Source: an uncultured Nitrososphaerota archaeon
GTDB lineage: Archaea > Thermoproteota > EX4484-205 > JAAOZO01
Direction of reading: 5' to 3'
DNA: 64,000 nt
Assembly (NCBI GenBank): GCA_964408285.1
Contig: CAYOYV010000001.1
Location: 128,001-192,000, forward strand
The notes below the pieces were generated by a model. The model did not search any database and was not told where the DNA came from. It was given only the letters and a program-made list of their open reading frames with translations. Every line of letters begins with the position of its first letter. Position 1 is the first letter of the stretch. Position numbers and translations under genes: made by a program. Shown here in pieces: positions 28,013-36,909 of the stretch.

Positions 28013-28271
28013 CAGACGTCAGCTCTGGGGGCGGCCTGACTGGGGCAGGCCCTCCCGCCACATCCTTGTGACGTGCACAATTCTCACAGGCCTCAGTTTA
28101 TTGCAGGATTCCAAGGTATGGCGCGCAGTCTGTCAATCGTTGCGGTATAAGAATATCGGTGCCCAAAGCACATGAGGGTTGTTATTGAGTGCGAAGTGGG
28201 CCTTGCCTGCACCATAGGCGATTTCTGTGAAACCTATGGGCTCTTCGGCCTCGGTTAGTGGGAGCCGCAAA

Positions 28272-28577
28272 TCAGAATAGGCAATCCGCTATGGCTCTTT
28301 TTGCGTCATCTGAACTGATCGTCTTCCTCTTCTCTCTCTCACAATACTCCAATGCCCTTCTTGCGATTCGTCTCCCTTCTTTAAGCAAAGCATCGTGCAA
28401 AACAATGAGAGCTTCCCCTGAAATCCTCTCAACATTCCTGGATTCCTTCATCTCTAGTTCGAATATCCTTCTCATTGCTTGGCCGGGAAAGACCTTGATT
28501 GAGGGCTCCAATCTCTTTATCTCGGCCTTCTTTTCAACACTCTCTTCTGGCGTGATTCCTCGCGATTTCTCTTCCAT
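28272..28577 (-). CDS. Histone-fold protein with N-terminal extension
   Basis: FP...MRRI...ERISGEA...EKRKTISSDDAKRA aligns by eye to the HMf/NF-YB fold. Confidence 0.85.
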   Translation of the reverse strand: MEEKSRGITPEESVEKKAEIKRLEPSIKVFPGQAMRRIFELEMKESRNVERISGEALIVLHDALLKEGRRIARRALEYCEREKRKTISSDDAKRAIADCLF

Positions 28578-28606
28578 TGCCTACGCAAACATCGCCCAAG
28601 AATTCC

Positions 28607-29149
28607 TTAAAGCTTTTCCCATCCCGATCCCCCACCCATTTTTTCCTTCATTCCCCACTTCCCAACAAGATACCCATAGTTCGGGAAGGCTTTTTTCAGA
28701 TATGGGGTATATCTGGCTATCTCTCTCGGACTCATGTACTGGAATTGGTATTCTCCCTCGTATGGCGCAATATCTCCAGCTCTCGTTAGGAACTCAATAT
28801 GCATGAACGGCTCACCTTTGCCTATTGCTATTGGCTTACGGTCGTTGTTGAGATTCACTACCTCCAGGGCAAGTCTTCCCAAGAACCCGCTATGTACCTT
28901 CGCAGCATTGAGGAAGGACAGCCCTGCCCTGCCGAATCTGCTCTTTGCTGTCAGGTGGGCAACTAGAGTTGGCGGCAGGAAGACAATCTCACGAGAAATC
29001 AGGTTTCTATGTTCCATGTAGTTCAGTTCAGTCCTTTTGCCAACCGTCAAGATGTATGAATCGCCATCAAGCAGATCCATGTCAAACGGGTGGATCATAT
29101 GATATGTCTTCTGAAAGGCCAATATCTGGCTCTTCCCAAGTACACTCAT
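28607..29149 (-). CDS. dCTP deaminase/dUTPase-superfamily protein
   Basis: AKSRFGRAGL and VHSGFLGRLALEVVN motifs. Confidence 0.75.
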   Translation of the reverse strand: MSVLGKSQILAFQKTYHMIHPFDMDLLDGDSYILTVGKRTELNYMEHRNLISREIVFLPPTLVAHLTAKSRFGRAGLSFLNAAKVHSGFLGRLALEVVNLNNDRKPIAIGKGEPFMHIEFLTRAGDIAPYEGEYQFQYMSPREIARYTPYLKKAFPNYGYLVGKWGMKEKMGGGSGWEKL

Positions 29150-29201
29150 GTCACGGCATTGTGCAGTGCTGCATTTTTAACCTAATCGCATGACTGCACC
29201 A

Positions 29202-29329
29202 AAGACACTCCCGAGCTCAACCACCTCGCGGGCTTATCGAGACTGTCCGGGTTCCTGGTAACGGAGATGCTATCTCACCCAATTCCTTTCCTTCCTGGAT
29301 AGGCAGAGGTTGGGCTTTCGCGGGCTCTT
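29202..29329 (+). ncRNA. Putative structured RNA between dcd-like and dinB
   Basis: AGCTCAACC/GGTTGGGCT, CTGTCCGGG/CCTGGATAG, CTCG/CGAG and GAGAT/ATCTC helices. TTTTTAA lies about 25 nt upstream. Confidence 0.45.
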
Positions 29330-29417
29330 AGCCCAGTAAGGGCTTTTCAGTTTCTCGATTCGGGTTTGCCAAGAAACATAAATAGCGTGAAGGTTGTGAT
29401 GTCCCAGGCAACCGCTT

Positions 29418-30527
29418 TTGCAGGACAGGATTGTCATGTTGGCGGATCTGGATTACTTCTATGCCCAATGCGAAGAAGTCAGAAATCCCGCCCTTAGAAA
29501 AAAGCCCGTTGTCATATGCGTGTATTCTGGGCGAACCGAGGACAGTGGAGTGGTCAGCACCGCGAACTACATTGCTAGAAGCTATGGAGTTGGACCTGGC
29601 ATTCCAATCTATGCCGCAAAAAGGAAGCTTAAGGAAAAGGATGCCGTCTTTCTTCCCGTTGATCACATCTTCTATTCACTCGTATCTGAGAGGGTCATGA
29701 CAATATTGAAGGGCCACACTGATCTCTTCGAGCAGGTCGGCATCGATGAGGCCTACCTGGAGGTAAGTAACAAAGTGATGGGGGAACTGGACCATGCTGT
29801 CGAGTTGGCCAAGATGATAAAGACGGAGATCCGAAGTCGCGAAGGCCTCACCTGCTCAATTGGGATCGGTCCGAACAAGCTCATCGCGAAAATGGCAGCT
29901 GACTTCACGAAGCCAGATGGTCTAACACTAGTAGGTCTTGGGCAAGTCCAGCAGTTCCTTTTTCCTCTCGAAATCAGTAGGCTCATTGGCGTTGGCAAGA
30001 GAACCTCAGAGAAGATGCAGACTTTGGGGATATCCACTATTGGCGATCTGGCTAGGTATGATCTGGGCCAGCTCATGAACGTGTTTGGAAGGCGGCTCGG
30101 AAGGTACTTCCACGATGCCTCAAACGGAATAGACTATAGACCGGTCAAGGCGAAGGAGCAGTTACAGTCGATATCCAGAATTTCGACCCTAAAAGAGGAC
30201 ACGCGTGACTTAGAGACCATCGAAGAGAAGATAGAAGGATTGTGTGACCAAATCGGAGATATGGTTCTTCGAGAGGATCTGCTGTTTAGGTCGATCGGTA
30301 TAACATTTGTTGCGAATGACCTGAGCATCCACAGCAGATCAAGGACCCTTCAGGCGCCAACAAATCAATTGAGAGTTCTAAAAAAGATCGCGAGGGATCT
30401 TATCAGGAGATTCCTCAATGAATCAGAGATCATACCGAGAAGGGTCGGAGTGAGAGTGGCTAATCTGAAAAGGAGGCACGGGATCCAAGTGAGGTTGATG
30501 GATCCGGAAAGCAACAGAGCAGGCTAA
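29418..30527 (+). CDS. dinB: Y-family DNA polymerase IV
   Basis: DLDYFYAQCE, STANYIAR, GIDEAY and NKLIAK...KPDG motifs. Confidence 0.95.
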   Translation: MQDRIVMLADLDYFYAQCEEVRNPALRKKPVVICVYSGRTEDSGVVSTANYIARSYGVGPGIPIYAAKRKLKEKDAVFLPVDHIFYSLVSERVMTILKGHTDLFEQVGIDEAYLEVSNKVMGELDHAVELAKMIKTEIRSREGLTCSIGIGPNKLIAKMAADFTKPDGLTLVGLGQVQQFLFPLEISRLIGVGKRTSEKMQTLGISTIGDLARYDLGQLMNVFGRRLGRYFHDASNGIDYRPVKAKEQLQSISRISTLKEDTRDLETIEEKIEGLCDQIGDMVLREDLLFRSIGITFVANDLSIHSRSRTLQAPTNQLRVLKKIARDLIRRFLNESEIIPRRVGVRVANLKRRHGIQVRLMDPESNRAG

Positions 30528-30533
30528 AAGCGG

Positions 30534-30680
30534 ATGGGAAGGCGCCATTGCCTGAATGAGCGTTGCCGCAATTCGACTCCGTCGGTTTATTGCGAATCCT
30601 GCAATGACCGGATAGTCAATGAGATCAGTGCCGATGCTGTGTCTAGAGCTGTTGGGGAGGACGGGCCCGATGGGATTTGA
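30534..30680 (+). CDS. 48-aa Cys4 Zn-finger microprotein (not in ORF track)
   Basis: MGRRHCLNERCRNSTPSVYCESCNDRI..., starting 6 bp after the dinB stop. Confidence 0.5.
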   Translation: MGRRHCLNERCRNSTPSVYCESCNDRIVNEISADAVSRAVGEDGPDGI

Positions 30681-30737
30681 ACCCATGCTCTCCGGCTCCG
30701 CAGGCCGACGCCTTGATCCGTACTTGGCCACGGGCCC
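30662..30737 (-). tRNA. tRNA-Arg(GCG), no intron
   Basis: GGGCCCG/CGGGCCC acceptor, TCGGC CT GCG GA GCCGG, ATGGG TTCAAAT CCCAT. Confidence 0.93.
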
Positions 30738-30925
30738 ATCAGACGCCTTATTCGGTAAGTGGTGTTAGTGCCAGTATTAATACTCTCAACTATTCGAGGC
30801 TTCGGGAGGATTCCAAACAATCGCTCAAAGCGAATCGTTCAATTGGTCGTGGGCGCGCGGGTCATGGACCCACGGCTGCTAGATGCCTGATGGTTGAAAT
30901 ATCATCCGATGCCATTCGTTCCATT

Positions 30926-31294
30926 TCAAAGCAGGTCCTTCCCTTCCTCGACAAGAGAATACCCGCTTTTTTCGACTTGACCAAGGTAGTACCCTAAAAG
31001 GGTGCCATCTCGTTTCGATGCTTTTCTCTTGTGGTGAGGAATCACTCTGATGTTACCTCTTCCGAAATTGACAATGACTAGTACCTGGAATCCTGTGATC
31101 TTGTCCGGGATATCTTCCTTGAAATACATGGAACTAGCCTTGCAGCTCTTGACCTGAACTAGACGCACGACTCCATCCTTCATGCAAACAAGGTCGACCG
31201 GGCCCAAGCTGCCGCCTGACCGAACCACGACCCATCCATGCTTTCTGAACATATCTCTTACGAGATACTCCGATCTGGTTCCTCTCCTTTTCAA
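30926..31294 (-). CDS. Hjc-like Holliday junction resolvase (PD-(D/E)xK)
   Basis: G..SE..V.D.F...GW.VVRSGGS...VDL...VQVK. TTG start at 31294 assumed. Confidence 0.75.
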   Translation of the reverse strand: MKRRGTRSEYLVRDMFRKHGWVVVRSGGSLGPVDLVCMKDGVVRLVQVKSCKASSMYFKEDIPDKITGFQVLVIVNFGRGNIRVIPHHKRKASKRDGTLLGYYLGQVEKSGYSLVEEGKDLL

Positions 31295-31334
31295 TTGGTG
31301 TCGGACGACCAATGCCCGGGATCTCCTCGGATCA

Positions 31335-32927
31335 TCACCCTCTTGAATCTGCTTTGAATGAGATCGGCCTATCGACGAAACGAAATGCTTGCTCTTTTTT
31401 CCGATTGGGCATAGCTGAGAGCGAACGAATGGCAAACTCAATGGAAAATGGATCAGGACTGTGCGTCGCAATGTAAGCTCTAGGGGGAGGCAATCTGCGG
31501 ATATCGTAGGGACTGTTTATCGCGATCACCATCGTGTTGGGGAGATTCTTTATCAGCTTACCCAAGAATTCTGCCTGCAATTGCTTCTTGTGCAGATCAA
31601 TCGAAAAGGCTACGAAAGCATCGAAATCGATGGATCTAGAAAGCAGAGCACTCTCCCTGAAATTGGGATCTAATTGCTCGAATATCCGCTTGTCTATCCC
31701 GGCAAAATGCTTCGATATAGCCTCCTTGATCATTTGCGAATAGGCCGAAACGTCGCTTGGGATCACGAAGCAGATTCTGCTGTTCGCTCTTAGAGCGAGG
31801 GCTCCTTGATTCCACACTGTCGACACCGATCTCTCAACTATCCTTTGGATTTCCTTATAGTGGGACTGACAACCTATCACGGATGTCGTAGGCTTTCTGA
31901 AATTCCCTAACTTCGTGTCCTTCAGGTGCAATATCCTTCTCACGCTGCTCTTCAATCGCCTGAGAAATGAGCTGTCCTTCCTTGCCCTCCTCACAATGGC
32001 TGTCCGTACATCAAGTGCCTTATCCAGCGAGCTGCACCCGAGTATCATATCGTTCCCAGCCTCGATTGCCTTCGTGCTGGCTTCCTCGATGTCGTACTCG
32101 TCTGATACTGCTTTCATGCCCAAGCTGTCTGTTATGATCAATCCTTGGAAAGCCGCCCTGTTCCTCAAGATCCCAGAGACCACTTTCTCAGAGAGCGAAG
32201 AGGGAAGGCCGGATGGATCCACGGAAGGGACAGCCACATGAGAGACCATGATACCATCGACATCGTGTTTGATAGCCGAGTAGAACGGTTTCATCTCAAC
32301 CGACTCGAGCCTCTCTAAGCCATGCTCCACGATGGGTAGAGCTGAGTGCGAATCAATGCTGGTGTCTCCATGTCCGGGAAAATGCTTCGCCACCGATAGG
32401 ATTTTCCCTTGCTTGAGGCCCTCAATGTACTTCGAGCCAAACTTCGTCACGAGCTCAGGATTCTCGCCGAAGGACCTAGTGCCGATGACCGGATTGTCTG
32501 GGTTTGTGTTGATGTCGAGGACAGGAGCGAAGTTCATGTTCATTCCTATGGCCCTGAGTTCGATGGAGACTATCAGCGCGACCCTGAAAGCATTCAAAGG
32601 ATCTCTCGTTGCACCAATCGCCATCATGCTTGGTATGTGGCTGGCCGGTCTGGGCAGTCTTATTACTTGGCCTCCTTCTTGGTCCACTGCTATAAAGGGT
32701 CTTCTTCCTCTTCCGGATAGGACGATTGATGTCAATTCCTCACAAAAACTCCTAGCATTTCCCATATTGACCAGATTGTGGGAGAACAGCACGAATCCTC
32801 CCGGTTTCAGTATCCCCACCAGTTCCCTTTCCTTTTCGGTGAGCTTTTCGTCCTGTACGGAGGCGAAAATAGTCTCACCTGCGAGATCCTCGATCTTCAT
32901 GTCGTCCGTTTTCTCGATTCCAGTCAT
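31335..32927 (-). CDS. nagZ: GH3 beta-N-acetylhexosaminidase (NagZ)
   Basis: DQEGG, APVLD, the KHFPGHGDTSIDSH NagZ signature and ITDSL.M. Confidence 0.9.
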   Translation of the reverse strand: MTGIEKTDDMKIEDLAGETIFASVQDEKLTEKERELVGILKPGGFVLFSHNLVNMGNARSFCEELTSIVLSGRGRRPFIAVDQEGGQVIRLPRPASHIPSMMAIGATRDPLNAFRVALIVSIELRAIGMNMNFAPVLDINTNPDNPVIGTRSFGENPELVTKFGSKYIEGLKQGKILSVAKHFPGHGDTSIDSHSALPIVEHGLERLESVEMKPFYSAIKHDVDGIMVSHVAVPSVDPSGLPSSLSEKVVSGILRNRAAFQGLIITDSLGMKAVSDEYDIEEASTKAIEAGNDMILGCSSLDKALDVRTAIVRRARKDSSFLRRLKSSVRRILHLKDTKLGNFRKPTTSVIGCQSHYKEIQRIVERSVSTVWNQGALALRANSRICFVIPSDVSAYSQMIKEAISKHFAGIDKRIFEQLDPNFRESALLSRSIDFDAFVAFSIDLHKKQLQAEFLGKLIKNLPNTMVIAINSPYDIRRLPPPRAYIATHSPDPFSIEFAIRSLSAMPNRKKEQAFRFVDRPISFKADSRG

Positions 32928-32931
32928 CCTG

Positions 32932-34002
32932 TCAATGAGCCCTCTTGGACAGCTCTATCGCCAATTCAAAGAGGCGCCTTCTATATTCGTTTATGCTCTT
33001 CTCCCTTCTTTTCGGATGGACCGCGTTCGTGAGTAGAATGCATATCGCTTCGTTTTTTCTGTCAATCTCAATACAGGTACCAGTGAAGCCGGTGTGCCCA
33101 AAGGACTCTGGAGAGCAATTATCTGGAAAGATGCTGTCCGGCTTTCTTGTTACCCATCCGTACCCGTAGTGTCCTCCCACGCTCTCATTCATATTGGAGG
33201 TCATCAACAGCGCGCTATGCTCCTCCAAAAGCTTGACACCGTTGTGTTTTCCGAAATCGAACATCATCTGGGCAAATGCAAGCAAATCCATTGCAGTGCC
33301 GAACAACCCGGCATGGCCGCTTATTCCCCCCATTGCCCTTGCATTCTCATCGTGGACGATACCGACCAGAGGGCTCCCATCCTCAGAGAATTCCGTCGTT
33401 GCAGCCCTTGCCGCAAGCTCGGGAGAAGGGAGGTAACACGTTTCAGACATGCCAAGTCGGGAGAATATCATCTCATGCGACAGATGATTGAGCTCCCCGA
33501 GGAACAGCCTTTCGACCGCGGCTCCAAGAATCATGTAACCCAAATCGCTGTAGACTTCCGACTTCCTTGGTTCTGATTCGGGCCTTACTTGAAACAATCT
33601 CGCGAACATCTCTTCCTTTGAAGAGGCTGACTTGTACAACGGGAGCCACGAGGGCAAACCAGACCTATGAACCAACAGGTCCGATATTGTAACCGAGCCA
33701 AGCAGGCGAGCTTCAGGAAGGATCGAAGTAATTCTGTCTTCTTCGTGAAGCACCCCCTTCTCGATAGCCCTCATGATCAGCGTTGCAGTGACGATCGGCT
33801 TGGTTAGCGAAGCAAGATCGAACACACATCGTTCGTTCATTGGAAGCTTCTGAGGCACCAATTGCCTATGCCCGCCAGCCGACATCCACAGGATTCGATG
33901 TCGATTGGCAGCTAGACACACATAACCGGGGAAATCTCCGGCTTCAAGTCCAGATTGGCATGTTGCAGCGAGCCGCTCTCTGACGTTCGCAGGTGCTGAC
34001 AT
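32932..34002 (-). CDS. Beta-lactamase-fold serine hydrolase (AmiE-like)
   Basis: FDLASLTK, YSDLGY, GIVHDENA, SGHAGLF and FGHTGFTGT motifs. Confidence 0.85.
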   Translation of the reverse strand: MSAPANVRERLAATCQSGLEAGDFPGYVCLAANRHRILWMSAGGHRQLVPQKLPMNERCVFDLASLTKPIVTATLIMRAIEKGVLHEEDRITSILPEARLLGSVTISDLLVHRSGLPSWLPLYKSASSKEEMFARLFQVRPESEPRKSEVYSDLGYMILGAAVERLFLGELNHLSHEMIFSRLGMSETCYLPSPELAARAATTEFSEDGSPLVGIVHDENARAMGGISGHAGLFGTAMDLLAFAQMMFDFGKHNGVKLLEEHSALLMTSNMNESVGGHYGYGWVTRKPDSIFPDNCSPESFGHTGFTGTCIEIDRKNEAICILLTNAVHPKRREKSINEYRRRLFELAIELSKRAH

Positions 34003-34135
34003 CAGGAGTTGCAGGAATCGGGGCTATTAGTATAAGCTTTTCTTCAATTCGTCACCATCTGGTTCTTTTCGACGGAAAATCTTCTATTGCAAGCGAAAGA
34101 GCAACGACATCCTGACCTAGCAGGTAGTCCCTTGG

Positions 34136-35929
34136 GTGCTTTACCCCAAGGATTTTATTTTACCGATAACGTCCGACATGGAGGAAATGCTGAGGCTGAG
34201 AATCACTTCATCAAAGAGTGGGTCCTTGGCGTACGCAATTCGAACGGTCAATGACCTTCTGTTGATGGGCATCGAGGTCAGACGTGTGACCATGGTCAGG
34301 GGATCTAGGGCTGTTTCGGTTGGGGATTTTCTGATCAGAGATGATCTGACTGGCCTGGATAGGTACCTCAAGGCTCGAGGTGCCAAGGGGGCGTTCAAAA
34401 TCACAAAGTGCGCCGTATCTGATCCCAACGTCTTTCCCCGTATCAGAACGCCGATAGTGGGCCTTTATTGCGGTGCTGGAGTCTCGCCGTCCTTTCTCGT
34501 AAGATTGGTGAAAGTTCTGAATGAGATGGGTTTTCTTCTGATTTCTTTCGCAAATTCTGACACACTAAGTGCATCTCTCGAGAATGTGGACGCTATGATC
34601 TTCCCAGCTGGTGACAGCACTGAGATGGCCATTTCGATTGGAGTAGAGAACGCAAAGGCAATAAGAGCATTTGTCGATAGGGGTGGCTCTTTCATCGGGA
34701 TCTGTGCTGGCGCCTTCCTGGGCATCAGACCGAAAGAGGGCAATATTGGCCCTACAAGTGATGATTTCAGGAAGGTCCAGGACGAGATAGCTGCAGTGGA
34801 GGGTGAGGTACTGAACGATGCGACAGAGCTTCCACCAGCTCTTGCATGGTCGTACAAGAAGCTCGATCGGATCTACAGGGTCTACCCTTTCGAAGGGCTC
34901 TTCAGATTCAGGACGAGAACTTCAAGGCATCCGATCTCCCTTGGATTGCCAAGAGAGATGCACCTATGGATGCAGGGGCCTATCATGGTATTGAAGGACA
35001 AAGAGGCGAGATCAATAGTGGAATTTCATGGACCGTTGGCAGATTCTGGCTTTGGGATTGATGCAGACTACGCAGTAGGGACATTTGGTCGTTTCTCCGC
35101 ATTGGCAACCAAAAAGGTCGGAAAAGGAAACTACATACTATCCTCGCCACATGTGGATTCCCCGAGGCATCCGGCCGGCTGGCTCTTACTCGCAAATTCG
35201 CTGTTCTATGCCACATTGGACTCGCCCCTGATGCTCCTTCCTCCTGCATCAGTGCCATTGTCAGCGAAGCAGTCTGCAGTACTTGCAGCGTCACTGATGG
35301 ATCAGTCAGAGGAACTCAACAGATCAACGCAGAGGCTTAGGAGATCATTTCTGAATCTGGTCCCAATATCCATGAATTCGGTCTCATCAAGGTTAGGAGA
35401 GGACCTTATCGACATACAGAATTGCCTTCCAATGCTCTCGAGAATCTGTGCGAGCATATGCACGAATACGCTCTCCATTATTCATGAAGGTTTGAAGCTC
35501 GACAAACTGAGGGAATCCGCCATAAATGGCAACATTTCTCAGTCTGAATATGCTGAGAAGATCGATTGGCTAGGGGGTGTTCTTTCTAAAGTTATGGTGG
35601 AGAAGGAACAAATGCTTGTGACTGCCGGTAGGGCCATGCCAGCGCTTACGATGATGTCATTGAAACTGGAGAAGGAATCGGCTGAGGTATTCTCGAAGAT
35701 CACCAAAGGAGAACCACGGGACTTCTATGACCAGATCGCGGCTTTGATCAGACAAGTCATAGGGGACAAGTACTTCTACATACCTTGGTACGACGGCAAG
35801 AGCGGGATTGTCAAGGTGGAGGAGAAGAGCAAAGACGAGGGAATTATTCCGCCCTTGCTCGGGATCTACGTCAAAACCCAGTATATCCGTAGATTATCTG
35901 AATCCACAAGAACTCTCGCTGTGAGTTAA
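34136..35929 (+). CDS. BPL-N/class I glutamine-amidotransferase-like domain protein
   Basis: IFPAG, FVDRGGSFIGICAGAF nucleophile elbow and SPH; helical C-terminus. Confidence 0.7.
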   Translation: MLYPKDFILPITSDMEEMLRLRITSSKSGSLAYAIRTVNDLLLMGIEVRRVTMVRGSRAVSVGDFLIRDDLTGLDRYLKARGAKGAFKITKCAVSDPNVFPRIRTPIVGLYCGAGVSPSFLVRLVKVLNEMGFLLISFANSDTLSASLENVDAMIFPAGDSTEMAISIGVENAKAIRAFVDRGGSFIGICAGAFLGIRPKEGNIGPTSDDFRKVQDEIAAVEGEVLNDATELPPALAWSYKKLDRIYRVYPFEGLFRFRTRTSRHPISLGLPREMHLWMQGPIMVLKDKEARSIVEFHGPLADSGFGIDADYAVGTFGRFSALATKKVGKGNYILSSPHVDSPRHPAGWLLLANSLFYATLDSPLMLLPPASVPLSAKQSAVLAASLMDQSEELNRSTQRLRRSFLNLVPISMNSVSSRLGEDLIDIQNCLPMLSRICASICTNTLSIIHEGLKLDKLRESAINGNISQSEYAEKIDWLGGVLSKVMVEKEQMLVTAGRAMPALTMMSLKLEKESAEVFSKITKGEPRDFYDQIAALIRQVIGDKYFYIPWYDGKSGIVKVEEKSKDEGIIPPLLGIYVKTQYIRRLSESTRTLAVS

Positions 35930-35985
35930 GGGCAGCAATTTCCACCGAAAAGGCTTAATTCCCTTCCTCCAATGTTATTCGAAGG

Positions 35986-36909
35986 ATGTCGGAAGTAGTG
36001 CAGCTGACCGAAGATCTAATTCCCAGGGTCACCAGGCTTGTCAATTCCGTATATCTATACGACTCTATAAACGATTGGTCAATTGTCAGGTCAAGCTTCC
36101 TTGATCCCAACTTTGATCCGGCCTTGACATATGTCGGCATCGAGGACGGAGTCCCTAGGGGCGTAGTCGTCGGAGCAGCAAGAACAAAGGAACCAAAGGA
36201 ACTAGTCAGCGCAGAGCATTCCTGGCTGAAGATGATAGCCGTCACTCCAGACTTCCTTGAAAGAGGTCTCGGGGATGAGCTCCTTGACAAGGCAGAGGCA
36301 AGCCTAAGAGACATGGGATTCAAGGACATAAGAGCCACGGATTTCGCTGGTTGGCAGATTTTCCCCGGTATAAACGTGAAATCAGAAGTAATGCTTCAAT
36401 TCCTCCTCAGGAAGGGATACAAGAAGGCATCTGAGACTGCAAACTATACCGTCGACCTAGGCGGATTTAGGATCCCGAGAATGGCTCGCGACATCGAGCA
36501 AGCTCTTAGAGAAAATGGGCTATCCTTCAGAATACCCAACACGGAGGAGAAGGAGAAGATCGCTGCTTGGGTGATTGAGAATTTTGGTCCCATATACAGC
36601 TATGAGGTTACGATGGCATTCCGCCACATAGTGCCGGGGATGATCTTGGCTGAAAAGGAGAACGATTCGGTTGGATTCTGCACTATGAGTGCTCTTGAAC
36701 TAGACTGGTTGGGACCCTTGGGAGTTATAGACCAGGAAAGGAAAAATGAAATAGGTACAGTTCTGCTCCATAGAGCCCTTTGGGAAATGAAGCTAAGGGG
36801 ACAAAGGACGGCATCAATAACATCCGAATCCTCCCTTTCGTCATTCTCGCTTTTTCCTAATGTGGCAAATGTCAACAAGTACTGGATACTGCACAAGAAG
36901 ATATCCTAG
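35986..36909 (+). CDS. Tandem-domain GNAT N-acetyltransferase
   Basis: Two motif A copies (VTPDFLERGLGDELL; GPLGV...RKNEIGTVLL). Confidence 0.85.
   Translation: MSEVVQLTEDLIPRVTRLVNSVYLYDSINDWSIVRSSFLDPNFDPALTYVGIEDGVPRGVVVGAARTKEPKELVSAEHSWLKMIAVTPDFLERGLGDELLDKAEASLRDMGFKDIRATDFAGWQIFPGINVKSEVMLQFLLRKGYKKASETANYTVDLGGFRIPRMARDIEQALRENGLSFRIPNTEEKEKIAAWVIENFGPIYSYEVTMAFRHIVPGMILAEKENDSVGFCTMSALELDWLGPLGVIDQERKNEIGTVLLHRALWEMKLRGQRTASITSESSLSSFSLFPNVANVNKYWILHKKIS

Noticed and set aside
28013-28150. yybP-ykoY Mn2+ riboswitch before the P-type ATPase
   Set aside because: The conserved GGGGAGUA and GAGACC elements are not found on the minus strand.
29232-29304. SAM-I riboswitch (CTTATCGAGA...GGTAAC...CCAATTCC...GATAGG)
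   Set aside because: Only a superficial match: there is no P2 kink-turn or pseudoknot, the P3 core is incomplete and no Met/SAM gene follows.
32332-33036. Long antisense ORFs (also 5424..6056, 37918..38673, 41557..42201, 52273..52887)
   Set aside because: Shadow frames of well-supported genes on the opposite strand.
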